The notes under the pieces: model-generated
The model's input: only the letters and a program-made list of their open reading frames with translations
The model's database searches: none
Told to the model about the DNA's origin: nothing
Position numbers and translations under genes: made by a program
Shown: piece by piece, positions 1 to 7,682 of the stretch
Layout of the letters: the number at the start of each line of letters is the position of its first letter
Numbering within the stretch: the first letter of the stretch is position 1
Origin: a virus
Taxonomy: Duplodnaviria > Heunggongvirae > Uroviricota > Caudoviricetes
Reading direction: 5' to 3' (one strand)
Length of the DNA: 43,483 bases
Virus record (IMG/VR): IMGVR_UViG_3300025327_000015

Positions 1-21
1 AGAAAAGGAAGAGTTTTTCCG

Positions 22-390
22 ATGGATCTTTACTGCCCAAAGTGCGGAGAGCCTTGGGATTTTGACAGCCTGCATGACGAGGCACAGGCGCGTTATGGAG
101 TGTCCTACTACGTCGAGGACGATCCATATATCTTCCCAACTTCACGCACCAAGAACCCGGATTACGATGCTGACGCCTATCAGCGTATCTTCCGTGAAGT
201 GCAGCGTGAGTTTCAGTCCAAGGGCTGTGAGACGCTGTATGAGGCATACGGAGCCAAGTGCGGTTCTCCTTCATCTGAGACAGGACCACTGGGTCTGACA
301 CGTCAGGCCGCTGCAAGTGCTTTGTATGAACTTCTTGGCGACGACATGGATGGCGCTGCTGCCATGCTCGAAGATGAGTTCGGCTGGTAA
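22..390 (+). CDS. hypothetical protein, N-terminal CxxC
   Basis: ORF with upstream AAGGAAG; CPKCG motif. Confidence 0.7.
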   Translation: MDLYCPKCGEPWDFDSLHDEAQARYGVSYYVEDDPYIFPTSRTKNPDYDADAYQRIFREVQREFQSKGCETLYEAYGAKCGSPSSETGPLGLTRQAAASALYELLGDDMDGAAAMLEDEFGW

Positions 391-394
391 AAAG

Positions 395-458
395 CAGTAG
401 CTCTGCGGGTGAGATTCTCGAACGTTTGAGAATCTCTTGCCCGGAGCGCTATTGCTCC
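395..458 (+). ncRNA. two-hairpin intergenic element, copy A (stem is palindrome copy 1)
   Basis: TGC-GGG..CCC-GGAGC gctatt GCTCC. Confidence 0.6.
415..432. promoter_or_regulatory. 18-bp palindrome, copy 1
   Basis: TTCTCGAACGTTTGAGAA. Confidence 0.75.
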
Positions 459-477
459 ATCTGAAAGGAGGTCTCTT

Positions 478-825
478 ATGTCCAAGCTCCTGTTCATGGT
501 TCTGAATGACGGAGAAACGTACACAGGACTTGGAGGCTGCAAGATCGTTGCGGTTGATTCGCTCATTGCCAGTGAGGAGGACGATGACAAGGCCATGCTC
601 GCTTCGGGCATAGTCGCGTTTGAGTTCTCGAACCGTCCAACACTCTGGGAACAGGACGTATTCCAGTTTCCGCGACTTCTAGCCGAAATCATGGCGATTG
701 ATTTCCGGGAATCTCAGTGGGATGAACTGCTCGCAGCGATGGATCTTGAATCCGACGATCTAGCAGCTCTCTTTGACCGTGCTCAAATGTCTTGGGAACG
801 GATCAAAGAAGCCACCACGAGGTAG
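478..825 (+). CDS. hypothetical protein
   Basis: ORF with AAGGAGG SD. Confidence 0.7.
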   Translation: MSKLLFMVLNDGETYTGLGGCKIVAVDSLIASEEDDDKAMLASGIVAFEFSNRPTLWEQDVFQFPRLLAEIMAIDFRESQWDELLAAMDLESDDLAALFDRAQMSWERIKEATTR

Positions 826-865
826 CCTGCGATTCCCGCTGGCTTCCTGAAAAGGAGATTCTAAA

Positions 866-1075
866 GTGGACATACGCATTGATAACTCCGGCGATCGAGA
901 CTTCGGAGTCATCGAACTAATCGATGGTGACCACATTGGAACGATCGTCACGCTTTGGATCGCAGATGATGGATGCCCGGTTATACAGATTGATACGCCT
1001 ACCGAAAAGGACACACACGATTTGATTCGAGTGTTTCTCAATGATGCGGTGATGGAAGCCGCAAGGATCAGGTAG
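866..1075 (+). CDS. hypothetical protein
   Basis: GTG start, AAGGAG SD; flanked by 17-bp direct repeats. Confidence 0.65.
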   Translation: MDIRIDNSGDRDFGVIELIDGDHIGTIVTLWIADDGCPVIQIDTPTEKDTHDLIRVFLNDAVMEAARIR

Positions 1076-1139
1076 CCCTGCGATTCCCGCTGGCGGGAAT
1101 CCAGTTGGACTGCTAAACGAAAAGGAGTCACTGTGTTCA

Positions 1140-1349
1140 GTGATGCTGCCATGCTGCGGGAACATCTCAGTCATAACTTCGTTCCTGCGATTTCGGAGTC
1201 CTTTGATTGCGCACAAGAGGCAATCAAGGCAGTCAAATGAGGGTGACTATGATCGGCAGATCAAGACTCCCTCCGGAAACATGATGGAGGCGTGCGAGAT
1301 TATCCAGGAACTACATCTCGACTTCTTCATCGACGAAGAACATCTATAG
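1140..1349 (+). CDS. hypothetical protein (start uncertain)
   Basis: ORF fills gap; AAGGAG upstream. Confidence 0.4.
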   Translation: MMLPCCGNISVITSFLRFRSPLIAHKRQSRQSNEGDYDRQIKTPSGNMMEACEIIQELHLDFFIDEEHL

Positions 1350-1366
1350 AAAAGGAGGTCCTACCG

Positions 1367-1642
1367 ATGTACGACGAATACTACGACGAGGATGAATGGG
1401 CTGAGCGAGTTGAACGCTTTGCCGATCCTGGAGGACCTTCGGCGCTTCATGTCGCTGATTCTGGCAATCCTCGTAATCTGCCTTGTCCGACCTGTGGCTG
1501 GCCGAACCGTCTCACACCACGAGACGTAGCGGCTGGCTATCAATGCGATTCTTGCGCTGATGCGCTTGAACGCGGGCAAGACATCTACTACTACGACGAA
1601 GATGAGGAGGAAGATGAGCTATGGCTCGACGATGGGATATAG
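1367..1642 (+). CDS. acidic CxxC/CxxC zinc-finger-like protein
   Basis: AAGGAGG SD before ATG 1367; CPTC...CDSC. Confidence 0.7.
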   Translation: MYDEYYDEDEWAERVERFADPGGPSALHVADSGNPRNLPCPTCGWPNRLTPRDVAAGYQCDSCADALERGQDIYYYDEDEEEDELWLDDGI

Positions 1643-1821
1643 CTCTCGTCGTGACGATTACGGCAGACATCTACAGTGATGCGCTGCAAGAGGCGGAAGC
1701 TCTCGCTGAGGGAATCGGGATGCAAGATGAGATCTCGATTTCTGCCGTCACCCACTACGATCGCGATAGCGAAGGACAACGAGTTCTCTACTTGCACGAC
1801 GAGAAGCAGCCGATCGTGTAG
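1621..1821 (+). CDS. hypothetical protein
   Basis: ORF; stop TAG begins hairpin element. Confidence 0.55.
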   Translation: MARRWDIALVVTITADIYSDALQEAEALAEGIGMQDEISISAVTHYDRDSEGQRVLYLHDEKQPIV

Positions 1822-1870
1822 TTGCGGGTTCCGTCGCTACCGCGCGGCGGTTCCCGGAGCTACATACTCC
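1819..1870 (+). ncRNA. two-hairpin element, copy D
   Basis: TAG TTGC GGG TT CCGTCGC..GCGGCGG TT CCC GGAG ctacata CTCC. Confidence 0.6.
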
Positions 1871-1891
1871 ACAAAGAAAGGAGGTTCTACG

Positions 1892-2356
1892 ATGCTGCAT
1901 AAGGGTTTTGTTGTCATTCAATACGACAATCCCGAAGTTGTCGGTCCATTCGACACGTTCGAGGACGCGCTCGAAGCAGCATGGAGCGAGTTGAATGAAG
2001 ATGCCTTCGATCCGGAAGGTGATTTCAGCTCGCTAAACGAGTGGTACTACGACGAGGATGGGCTCTGGATCGGAAAGCTCAGAGCCACGCCCTATCCGAT
2101 GAGTCATCAGCACACTAGCCACGAAATCTTCGAGCTGCTCGACGGAGCACACCTTGTCCGCTATGACAAGAGAAACGCTCTCTTGCTCATCTGGTTCGGA
2201 GGACACGGCATCCACGCCTACGATCCCTGGTGGCGGGAAGTGTCCTTCTGGAACGTCGAGGGCACGAGCACGAGCGAAGACGCTTCGCCTGCAAGTGTGC
2301 AGGAGTCGATGGAGAAGCACATTTCGGGCGAATACGAATACACAATCGAAACGTAA
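1892..2356 (+). CDS. hypothetical protein
   Basis: AAGGAGG SD before ATG 1892. Confidence 0.7.
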   Translation: MLHKGFVVIQYDNPEVVGPFDTFEDALEAAWSELNEDAFDPEGDFSSLNEWYYDEDGLWIGKLRATPYPMSHQHTSHEIFELLDGAHLVRYDKRNALLLIWFGGHGIHAYDPWWREVSFWNVEGTSTSEDASPASVQESMEKHISGEYEYTIET

Positions 2357-2375
2357 GGAAAGGAGAAAGGGACAG

Positions 2376-2564
2376 ATGGGCAAGCCAATCTTCTGGGTAG
2401 TAGCTGATGTTCTCCGAAACTTGGAGTCCTCCGGCTTCTTCATTGAAGCCGATGCTGCACACGGATCTATCACGATCTGGGATGTGATGGATTCTGAAAA
2501 GCAGATCGGCTGGACGTTGAAAATCACGTCTGGCCCGCATGTTCGAGAAGTCGAGCACGTCTAA
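2376..2564 (+). CDS. hypothetical protein
   Basis: SD-rich leader before ATG 2376. Confidence 0.6.
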   Translation: MGKPIFWVVADVLRNLESSGFFIEADAAHGSITIWDVMDSEKQIGWTLKITSGPHVREVEHV

Positions 2565-2571
2565 AACTTCT

Positions 2572-2643
2572 GCCGCCTTGGTGTAACGGGAAACACGCTC
2601 GCCTGTAAAGCGACAGATCGTGGTTCGAGTCCACGAGGTGGCA
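2572..2643 (+). tRNA. tRNA-Tyr(GTA), short variable loop, CCA not encoded
   Basis: acceptor GCCGCCT/AGGTGGC, D-stem GTGT/ACAC, loop CTGTAAA, T-arm CGTGG TTCGAGT CCACG. Confidence 0.8.
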
Positions 2644-2644
2644 T

Positions 2645-2662
2645 TTCTGAAAGGTTTGAGAA
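2645..2662. promoter_or_regulatory. 18-bp palindrome, copy 2
   Basis: TTCTGAAAGGTTTGAGAA directly after tRNA. Confidence 0.7.
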
Positions 2663-2675
2663 AAGGGAGGCCATC

Positions 2676-2858
2676 TTGAATGTCGTAATCGAATGGGAGG
2701 TTTGCTTTTGCGAACGCTGCTTTCGTCCCTTCGATATACCCAAATCTGGGAGTAAGGGGCGAAGACGCATGGTCTGTGATGATTGCTTGCGGAAACGTCA
2801 TCGTCACAACAATCGTGCGTCCTGGCATCGTCAGCGCAAGGTTGCGGGTCGTAGGTAG
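2676..2858 (+). CDS. small basic CxxC zinc-finger protein
   Basis: TTG start, GGGAGG SD; CERC...CDDC. Confidence 0.65.
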   Translation: MNVVIEWEVCFCERCFRPFDIPKSGSKGRRRMVCDDCLRKRHRHNNRASWHRQRKVAGRR

Positions 2859-2894
2859 TAATACCTTCCTGCGGCCCGGAGCCTTCCGGCTCCG
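2841..2894 (+). ncRNA. two-hairpin element, copy K
   Basis: TTGC GGGTCGTA..GGTA GTAA TACC..TGCGGCCC GGAGCC ttcc GGCTCC. Confidence 0.6.
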
Positions 2895-2912
2895 TGAGAG
2901 AGGAGGTTCGTC

Positions 2913-3146
2913 ATGCTCCAAGCGATTGTGCCCTGGTCCGCTTCAGGTCCAGGATGGGCCAACTCTGGGCTGACTCTGTTTTATGAGGATCGTGTGACAG
3001 GAAAGCTCAATCGCCGCACGATCTACCAGCGAGACTTACGTGGAGACGCTGCTGTGCTGTTCCCACACGTTCTTCATCTCTATAACGATCTACAAAGAGC
3101 GATCCTGGACGACGAGAATAGAGCTTTTGTAAGCCCGGAGCACTAA
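2913..3146 (+). CDS. hypothetical protein
   Basis: GGAGG SD. Confidence 0.65.
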   Translation: MLQAIVPWSASGPGWANSGLTLFYEDRVTGKLNRRTIYQRDLRGDAAVLFPHVLHLYNDLQRAILDDENRAFVSPEH

Positions 3147-3154
3147 CGCTCCTA

Positions 3155-3172
3155 TTCTCAATCGTTTGAGAA
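3155..3172. promoter_or_regulatory. 18-bp palindrome, copy 3
   Basis: TTCTCAATCGTTTGAGAA running into SD. Confidence 0.7.
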
Positions 3173-3182
3173 AGGAAGTTCT

Positions 3183-3719
3183 ATGGATGACGTGTTGCCC
3201 CTAATCGGTGGGTATCTCGTTGTGACGATCAATGAGGCCGGTTACATCCTGTACGACTCCGGCATCGTGATACATCGTGAGACTCGTGACCTTCACTTGC
3301 TACCTGAATGTCATAGCCGGTTCTCAGATGCCAAGGGTGCTGTCGATCCGACCGTTTTACATGAGTCCTGGCATGATCAGGTAGCTGTTCTCGAACTCAC
3401 GCCTGACGGTGGAGGAGCAGTCCTGTGGATGCGCGAAGATCAAGTGCCAGAGCTATCCACCCGGCGTAATAAGTTCAAAGGCTGCTACGGCGAGTGGCCA
3501 ATCCGCGTTTTCTCAAAAGGAAAGGAGATTTTAAAAATGAAAGAATATACTGTAGAAGTTCCAGAAGTTTGGTATCAAAGTGTGTCTATCGAGGCCAATT
3601 CTGAAGAAGAAGCAAAAAAATTAGTAATGAGTGGAGAAGGAACTATTCTAGATTCTTCTTTAGAATATTCTCATACTCTTGATCCGCGCGAAGCTAATTG
3701 GTATGTAGAAGAAAGTTAA
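3183..3719 (+). CDS. hypothetical protein; probable internal second start at 3537
   Basis: internal AAAGGAG SD + ATG 3537; AT-richer 3' part. Confidence 0.6.
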   Translation: MDDVLPLIGGYLVVTINEAGYILYDSGIVIHRETRDLHLLPECHSRFSDAKGAVDPTVLHESWHDQVAVLELTPDGGGAVLWMREDQVPELSTRRNKFKGCYGEWPIRVFSKGKEILKMKEYTVEVPEVWYQSVSIEANSEEEAKKLVMSGEGTILDSSLEYSHTLDPREANWYVEES

Positions 3720-3722
3720 AAG

Positions 3723-3959
3723 ATGAAATACAACCATGACACTGGCCGTGGAGTCATGGACTATGCTGATGTTAGGAAAGTCGCCGAGGAAGCTCTTGCG
3801 CTCTTACAGCAGATTGATATGACAAAAGTGCAAGAATCGTTGGATTGGAGTGTCGATAAGCGACTCGATGAAGCCCGCACCGCTCTCGAACATTCCACGA
3901 ATCAGCTAGTGCGTATAGAGACGTTGCTTCTCCGAATCATCGGCTCTACTCCTGTCTAG
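3723..3959 (+). CDS. hypothetical coiled-coil protein
   Basis: ORF; stop TAG begins hairpin element. Confidence 0.6.
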   Translation: MKYNHDTGRGVMDYADVRKVAEEALALLQQIDMTKVQESLDWSVDKRLDEARTALEHSTNQLVRIETLLLRIIGSTPV

Positions 3960-4014
3960 CCCTGCGGGTTCTGCCGACTCCATGCGGCAGTTCCCGGAGT
4001 GCTAAGTTCACTTC
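3957..4014 (+). ncRNA. two-hairpin element, copy E
   Basis: TAGC CCTGC GGG TT CTGCCG..CGGCAG TT CCC GGAGTG ctaagtt CACTTC. Confidence 0.6.
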
Positions 4015-4033
4015 AGAAAGGAGGTCCTTCACC

Positions 4034-4267
4034 ATGACGGAGAAGGAAAAGATCCTCAACTTCATAGGCTGGATGGGAGCGATCTTCCTTGGTGCCTGTC
4101 TGCTCGCAGGGTTGATTCTCTCACTCACGGTTGCGGTTCATGCTCTCGATGCAGGACCGCAAGCCGAAGCACGCAGAGCGTACTACCAAGCCTGCAAACG
4201 TCAGTTCAAGGCCGGAATCTTCCAAGAACCATGCGTGACGGCTGTGAGAGATCGTCTAGGACCATAG
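4034..4267 (+). CDS. membrane protein
   Basis: N-terminal hydrophobic helix; AAGGAGG SD. Confidence 0.7.
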   Translation: MTEKEKILNFIGWMGAIFLGACLLAGLILSLTVAVHALDAGPQAEARRAYYQACKRQFKAGIFQEPCVTAVRDRLGP

Positions 4268-4318
4268 TCTGCGGATGGCGAGTTTGACAGGCTCGCCGTC
4301 CGGAGTCTTATGGTTCTC
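4262..4318 (+). ncRNA. two-hairpin element, copy F
   Basis: TAG TCTGC GGATGGCGAG..CTCGCCGTCC GGAG. Confidence 0.6.
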
Positions 4319-4331
4319 AAACGATTGAGAA
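4314..4331. promoter_or_regulatory. 18-bp palindrome, copy 4
   Basis: TTCTCAAACGATTGAGAA. Confidence 0.7.
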
Positions 4332-4345
4332 ATCGCCCACATCGA

Positions 4346-4420
4346 GGGTGGGTAGCTTATCGGTAAAGCCCTGGGTTGTGGTCCCAGACGAAGTCGGTTC
4401 AAATCCGACCCCACCCTCCA
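4346..4420 (+). tRNA. tRNA-His(GTG), CCA encoded, A-1/U73
   Basis: GGGTGGG/CCCACCC, GCTT/AAGC, CTGGG TTGTGGT CCCAG, GTCGG TTCAAAT CCGAC, T CCA. Confidence 0.85.
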
Positions 4421-4438
4421 AAGAAAGGAGTTCCTAGT

Positions 4439-4618
4439 ATGAGATATACCGTGATCGACCGTCGCCGTCTACGACGCTCTCTCGGCTCTCGTGTTATCCG
4501 CCGTCAGAGTACGAAGATGTCTGGTTCGCAGTTCAAACTCGGAATCCGGGAGCGTCCGAAGACCCGCATGAAGAATCTCATTCGAGACATTCAGGCGGGC
4601 CTGATCGAGCATCCGTAG
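4439..4618 (+). CDS. small Arg-rich protein
   Basis: AAAGGAG SD before ATG 4439. Confidence 0.65.
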   Translation: MRYTVIDRRRLRRSLGSRVIRRQSTKMSGSQFKLGIRERPKTRMKNLIRDIQAGLIEHP

Positions 4619-4668
4619 ATTGCGGTTCTTCCGCTAGAAATAGCGGAAGTTCCGGAGCCTTCGGTTCC
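4616..4668 (+). ncRNA. two-hairpin element, copy G
   Basis: TGC GG TT CTTCCGCTA GAAA TAGCGGAAG TT CC GGAG CCTTCGG TTCC. Confidence 0.6.
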
Positions 4669-4682
4669 AGAAAGGAGTTCTC

Positions 4683-4943
4683 ATGCTGCCAGAGCGCATG
4701 ACAAAGACTGATGAGCTTTTCCTGACGGGAGACTTGATTGGTTTCAACAAGTTGCTGTTGAAACGGATTCGTTCTAACCGCACGCAGGCCAAGAACCTCA
4801 TCGCACAATACGAGATGATGTTCCGGAAGTGGCCTGACAGCACCACCGAAGAAGAGCGAGAGTTCTATCGGCAGCTAACCGAATCCATCATCCGTCTTGA
4901 TGCGGCGGAAATCGAGGTAATGGGCCGTCTAACTGACTTGTAG
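4683..4943 (+). CDS. hypothetical protein
   Basis: AAAGGAG SD. Confidence 0.7.
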   Translation: MLPERMTKTDELFLTGDLIGFNKLLLKRIRSNRTQAKNLIAQYEMMFRKWPDSTTEEEREFYRQLTESIIRLDAAEIEVMGRLTDL

Positions 4944-4976
4944 ACAGGTCTTTACTTACTCCAGAAAGGAGTTCTG

Positions 4977-5258
4977 ATGTCAGAGTTTTACGACCAGGAA
5001 GGTCGTCCCATGGAGATAATGGAGTGGGGCAGGGCAAGGCAAGACCTAGCCAATATCATCGTTGCTCGGGATGAGCGTGATGAAATCATGGTCTCGACTG
5101 TTTGGATTGGCATTGACCATGGCTGGGGTCAAGGTCCTCCGATCATCTTCGAAACAATGATATTCGGCGGCAAACACGATCAGTACCAAGAGCGCTATGC
5201 GACGCGAGATGAAGCTCTTGCAGGGCACGCTCGGGCCGTTGCTCTCGCTTTCGGATAA
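4977..5258 (+). CDS. hypothetical phage-type protein
   Basis: AAAGGAG SD; VSTVWIGIDH...FETMIFGG motif seen in phage hypotheticals (recall only). Confidence 0.7.
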   Translation: MSEFYDQEGRPMEIMEWGRARQDLANIIVARDERDEIMVSTVWIGIDHGWGQGPPIIFETMIFGGKHDQYQERYATRDEALAGHARAVALAFG

Positions 5259-5392
5259 TGCGTCACTTATTCGGCATAAAGGAGTTCGGTCTGCTCGTTC
5301 TTCTTGCGGTTGGCTACGCAGCGCTGCAAGGTTCTGTTCTTGCTGCGATTGTGTGGCTCGCATACGCCGTGCTATTCGTGGCTAGCGCATAG
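5258..5392 (+). CDS. 44-aa membrane protein (below ORF-track cutoff)
   Basis: TAATG coupling; MRHLFGIKEFGLLVLLAVGYAALQGSVLAAIVWLAYAVLFVASA. Confidence 0.55.
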   Translation: MRHLFGIKEFGLLVLLAVGYAALQGSVLAAIVWLAYAVLFVASA

Positions 5393-5476
5393 TTGCGAGC
5401 CGAAGTCGGCGGTTTGACACCTACTTCAAGTTGGGGTTTATCCTTACTCTGTGTAAAACTACGCTGGGCATCAGCC

Positions 5477-5526
5477 TAGTTGCGGGTAGGGGCGGGCAAC
5501 CGCCTCCTCTCGGAGCTAATGGCTCT
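5477..5526 (+). ncRNA. two-hairpin element, copy H
   Basis: TAG TTGC GGG T AGGGGCGG GCAA CCGCCTCCT CTC GGAGC taatg GCTCT. Confidence 0.6.
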
Positions 5527-5528
5527 CA

Positions 5529-5546
5529 TTCTCAAATCTTTGAGAA
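5529..5546. promoter_or_regulatory. 18-bp palindrome, copy 5
   Basis: TTCTCAAATCTTTGAGAA. Confidence 0.75.
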
Positions 5547-5568
5547 TGTCCGATAAGGAGGAAAATCA

Positions 5569-6027
5569 ATGAGCGATCTCTACGGAGTCCCTCGCCGTCG
5601 TATTATCGGTGAGGGATTCTTCTGGATCGTGGTTGTCATTGGTTTGATCCTCGCTCTCACGGTAGGTGGTCTTGCCTGGCGGTATGTGATTGCCGCTCCC
5701 AAAGGTAAGGTCGAGGCTCGGGAACAGATCCAGTCGGGTCCGTTTCGGATAGCTGCTTATGACCGCTTCTTCAACCTCTGCGCTGCGGTGCAATCGGATG
5801 AGGCAACGATTGCCGCTTTGCAAGCTGAGTTGAAGACGAAGCCGCCTGCAAGCCGTGTCACGCAGATCAACGCCTCGATTACTGGTCTGCGTTCCGGGAG
5901 AGCCGAGAAGATCAACCAATACAACGCCGATGCCCGCAAGGATTACACCATCGGGCAGTTCCGTGCGTCAGGCCTGCCATATCAACTCTTTATTGAAAGG
6001 GAGGCAACAGAATGCGTCGTTGGCTAA
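5569..6027 (+). CDS. membrane-anchored protein
   Basis: TM helix residues ~15-38; AAGGAGG SD. Confidence 0.75.
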   Translation: MSDLYGVPRRRIIGEGFFWIVVVIGLILALTVGGLAWRYVIAAPKGKVEAREQIQSGPFRIAAYDRFFNLCAAVQSDEATIAALQAELKTKPPASRVTQINASITGLRSGRAEKINQYNADARKDYTIGQFRASGLPYQLFIEREATECVVG

Positions 6028-6575
6028 CCATCATCGCTAGTTTCATCCTTCTCTCCGGATTGCTCGTTGGCTGTACTGAGGGTGGACAGGACGATGCAAC
6101 CAAGAGTGAGACCAAGATCCGCAAAGGCACCTATCAGGCGCTCGTGGCGGCTCAGCCAGCTCATTCCATGAGTTACTCGTCGTCACGAGACACGATCAAC
6201 TTCTGGATCGACACCTGGGGCAATCAGCCCGGCAAGCTCTCCTACGTCTATCTGCTCGCCTCCAATGGGCAGATGATCGGGTACTACGTGTTCAAAGGAT
6301 TGCCTGTTTCCTACTGCGCCGCTCTCACTCCGAACTACGATCTGATTGACGTTCGAGACGACGGAATAGGGCCAAATCTCATAGTCCCAGCACCCGGAGT
6401 CGATGGTGTCTACTACTCCGGTGGACAGTGTTCGGCCTATTACGGCAAAGACGCATCCACAAATCAGTACATCGAGTACACCATCGGGCAAGGGATTTCG
6501 GCGCTCGTTTACGAACGTCCGCTTCCTCGTCAGGATGTAGAACCGCTCGGCTTCACCCGCATTCCAGAGCGGTAG
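6012..6575 (+). CDS. putative lipoprotein
   Basis: signal peptide ending LLVGC; overlaps upstream gene. Confidence 0.7.
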   Translation: MRRWLTIIASFILLSGLLVGCTEGGQDDATKSETKIRKGTYQALVAAQPAHSMSYSSSRDTINFWIDTWGNQPGKLSYVYLLASNGQMIGYYVFKGLPVSYCAALTPNYDLIDVRDDGIGPNLIVPAPGVDGVYYSGGQCSAYYGKDASTNQYIEYTIGQGISALVYERPLPRQDVEPLGFTRIPER

Positions 6576-6623
6576 TTGCAGGTAGGGGTCGCTTGCGGCC
6601 CCCTCCTGGAACCATCCGGTTCC
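6573..6623 (+). ncRNA. two-hairpin element, copy I
   Basis: TAG TTGC AGG TA GGGGTCG CTTG CGGCCCC CT CCT GGAACC atcc GGTTCC. Confidence 0.6.
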
Positions 6624-6626
6624 CGA

Positions 6627-6644
6627 TTCTCAAAGGTTTGAGAA
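6627..6644. promoter_or_regulatory. 18-bp palindrome, copy 6
   Basis: TTCTCAAAGGTTTGAGAA. Confidence 0.75.
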
Positions 6645-6673
6645 TCGCATCAGTTTCAGAAAGGAGAATCGCA

Positions 6674-7087
6674 ATGCAACTCAAGGAGGCGTACTCCAAG
6701 ATTCATGCCTACTTCTCCAAGCCGGGTGCTGCCTTCGGATTCGATCGTGAGCCGGATCTATGTCGCTTCCGTACCGAGGACGGACGTAAGTGCGCTGTTG
6801 GAGTGCTCATCCCGAACGAGATCTACGATCCCTACATGGAGGACGAAGAACTCGATGATCTTCTCCATGACGGGCTCCACTTTCTCTTGGAGGATCTGCC
6901 AGAAGAAGAAGCGGACGATCTTGTCAGGTTTCTCCGAGATGCCCAAAAAGCTCATGATTCACGGGCTGTTGGGAGAAGATGGTCTGAGGACAATCAAAGT
7001 ACAGAGAAGATCGAATCTTCGATTCCACTCTTTCTTCAGGACCTCGATCAACTCGCTCGCGAGTACGGGGTGGAAGTGGCAGCGTAG
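6674..7087 (+). CDS. hypothetical phage protein
   Basis: AAAGGAG SD before ATG 6674; CRFR..GRKCAVGVLIP. Confidence 0.7.
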   Translation: MQLKEAYSKIHAYFSKPGAAFGFDREPDLCRFRTEDGRKCAVGVLIPNEIYDPYMEDEELDDLLHDGLHFLLEDLPEEEADDLVRFLRDAQKAHDSRAVGRRWSEDNQSTEKIESSIPLFLQDLDQLAREYGVEVAA

Positions 7088-7141
7088 AAAGCTGCGGTAG
7101 GACCAGCTCATCACTGGTCCCTCCCGGAGCCTTTTATGCTC
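7085..7141 (+). ncRNA. two-hairpin element, copy J (second hairpin covers SD and ATG of next gene)
   Basis: TGC GG TA GGACCAG..CTGGTCC CT CCC GGAGC cttttAT GCTC. Confidence 0.55.
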
Positions 7142-7669
7142 GATTTTCAAACCATCATCACACTCGATACGTGGGTCACTTCCGATCAACATTGGGAGCA
7201 TCCTCGCATTCGTGAATATCAGGGGAGACCAGAAGGACATTTCTGGCTTATGCGAAATCGTTGGCATGAACTTGTTTCCGAGAATGACGTGCTGCTTCAT
7301 CTCGGGGACATAGTTTGCTTCGGAGATCGAAAACAACATGAGTTCTGGATCAATGGACTTCCTGGAAAGAAGTATCTCATCCTCGGAAACCATGATTATC
7401 ACAGGAAATCATGGTACGAAGCTGCTGGGTTCGTGGTTATTGGACGAGGAAATCGCTTCTATTCTTGGTTGTCTCCCGACGACAAGATCATTGCCTTCTC
7501 ACATGAGCCGCTGATTGAACAACATCAACTTGGTTGGGATATCAATGTTCATGGACATATACATGCGAATGAACATCGAGAAATTCCATTACCAGGTTCT
7601 AAGTACATCAATGTCAGTGTAGAAGTAACGAGCTATGCACCAATAAAACTTCGAGACATACTCAAATAG
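7136..7669 (+). CDS. calcineurin-like metallophosphoesterase
   Basis: SDQH, LGD, GNHD, SHEP, HGHIH motifs. Confidence 0.9.
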   Translation: MLDFQTIITLDTWVTSDQHWEHPRIREYQGRPEGHFWLMRNRWHELVSENDVLLHLGDIVCFGDRKQHEFWINGLPGKKYLILGNHDYHRKSWYEAAGFVVIGRGNRFYSWLSPDDKIIAFSHEPLIEQHQLGWDINVHGHIHANEHREIPLPGSKYINVSVEVTSYAPIKLRDILK

Positions 7670-7682
7670 AAAGGAAAATCAT

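Noticed and set aside
3125-3152. Tenth full hairpin element
   Set aside because: It has CCC-GGAGC/GCTCC but lacks the 5' TGC and has a mismatched stem; counted only as degenerate, as are 823 and 1073.
5390-5445. Hairpin element or promoter (TAGTTGC..TTGACA)
   Set aside because: No GGAR half, and no good -10 at 16-18 bp.
395-7141. Hairpin elements as known ribozymes or intrinsic terminators
   Set aside because: No hammerhead CUGANGA/GAAA core, no twister L4/T1 pairing, no HDV topology and no U-tracts.
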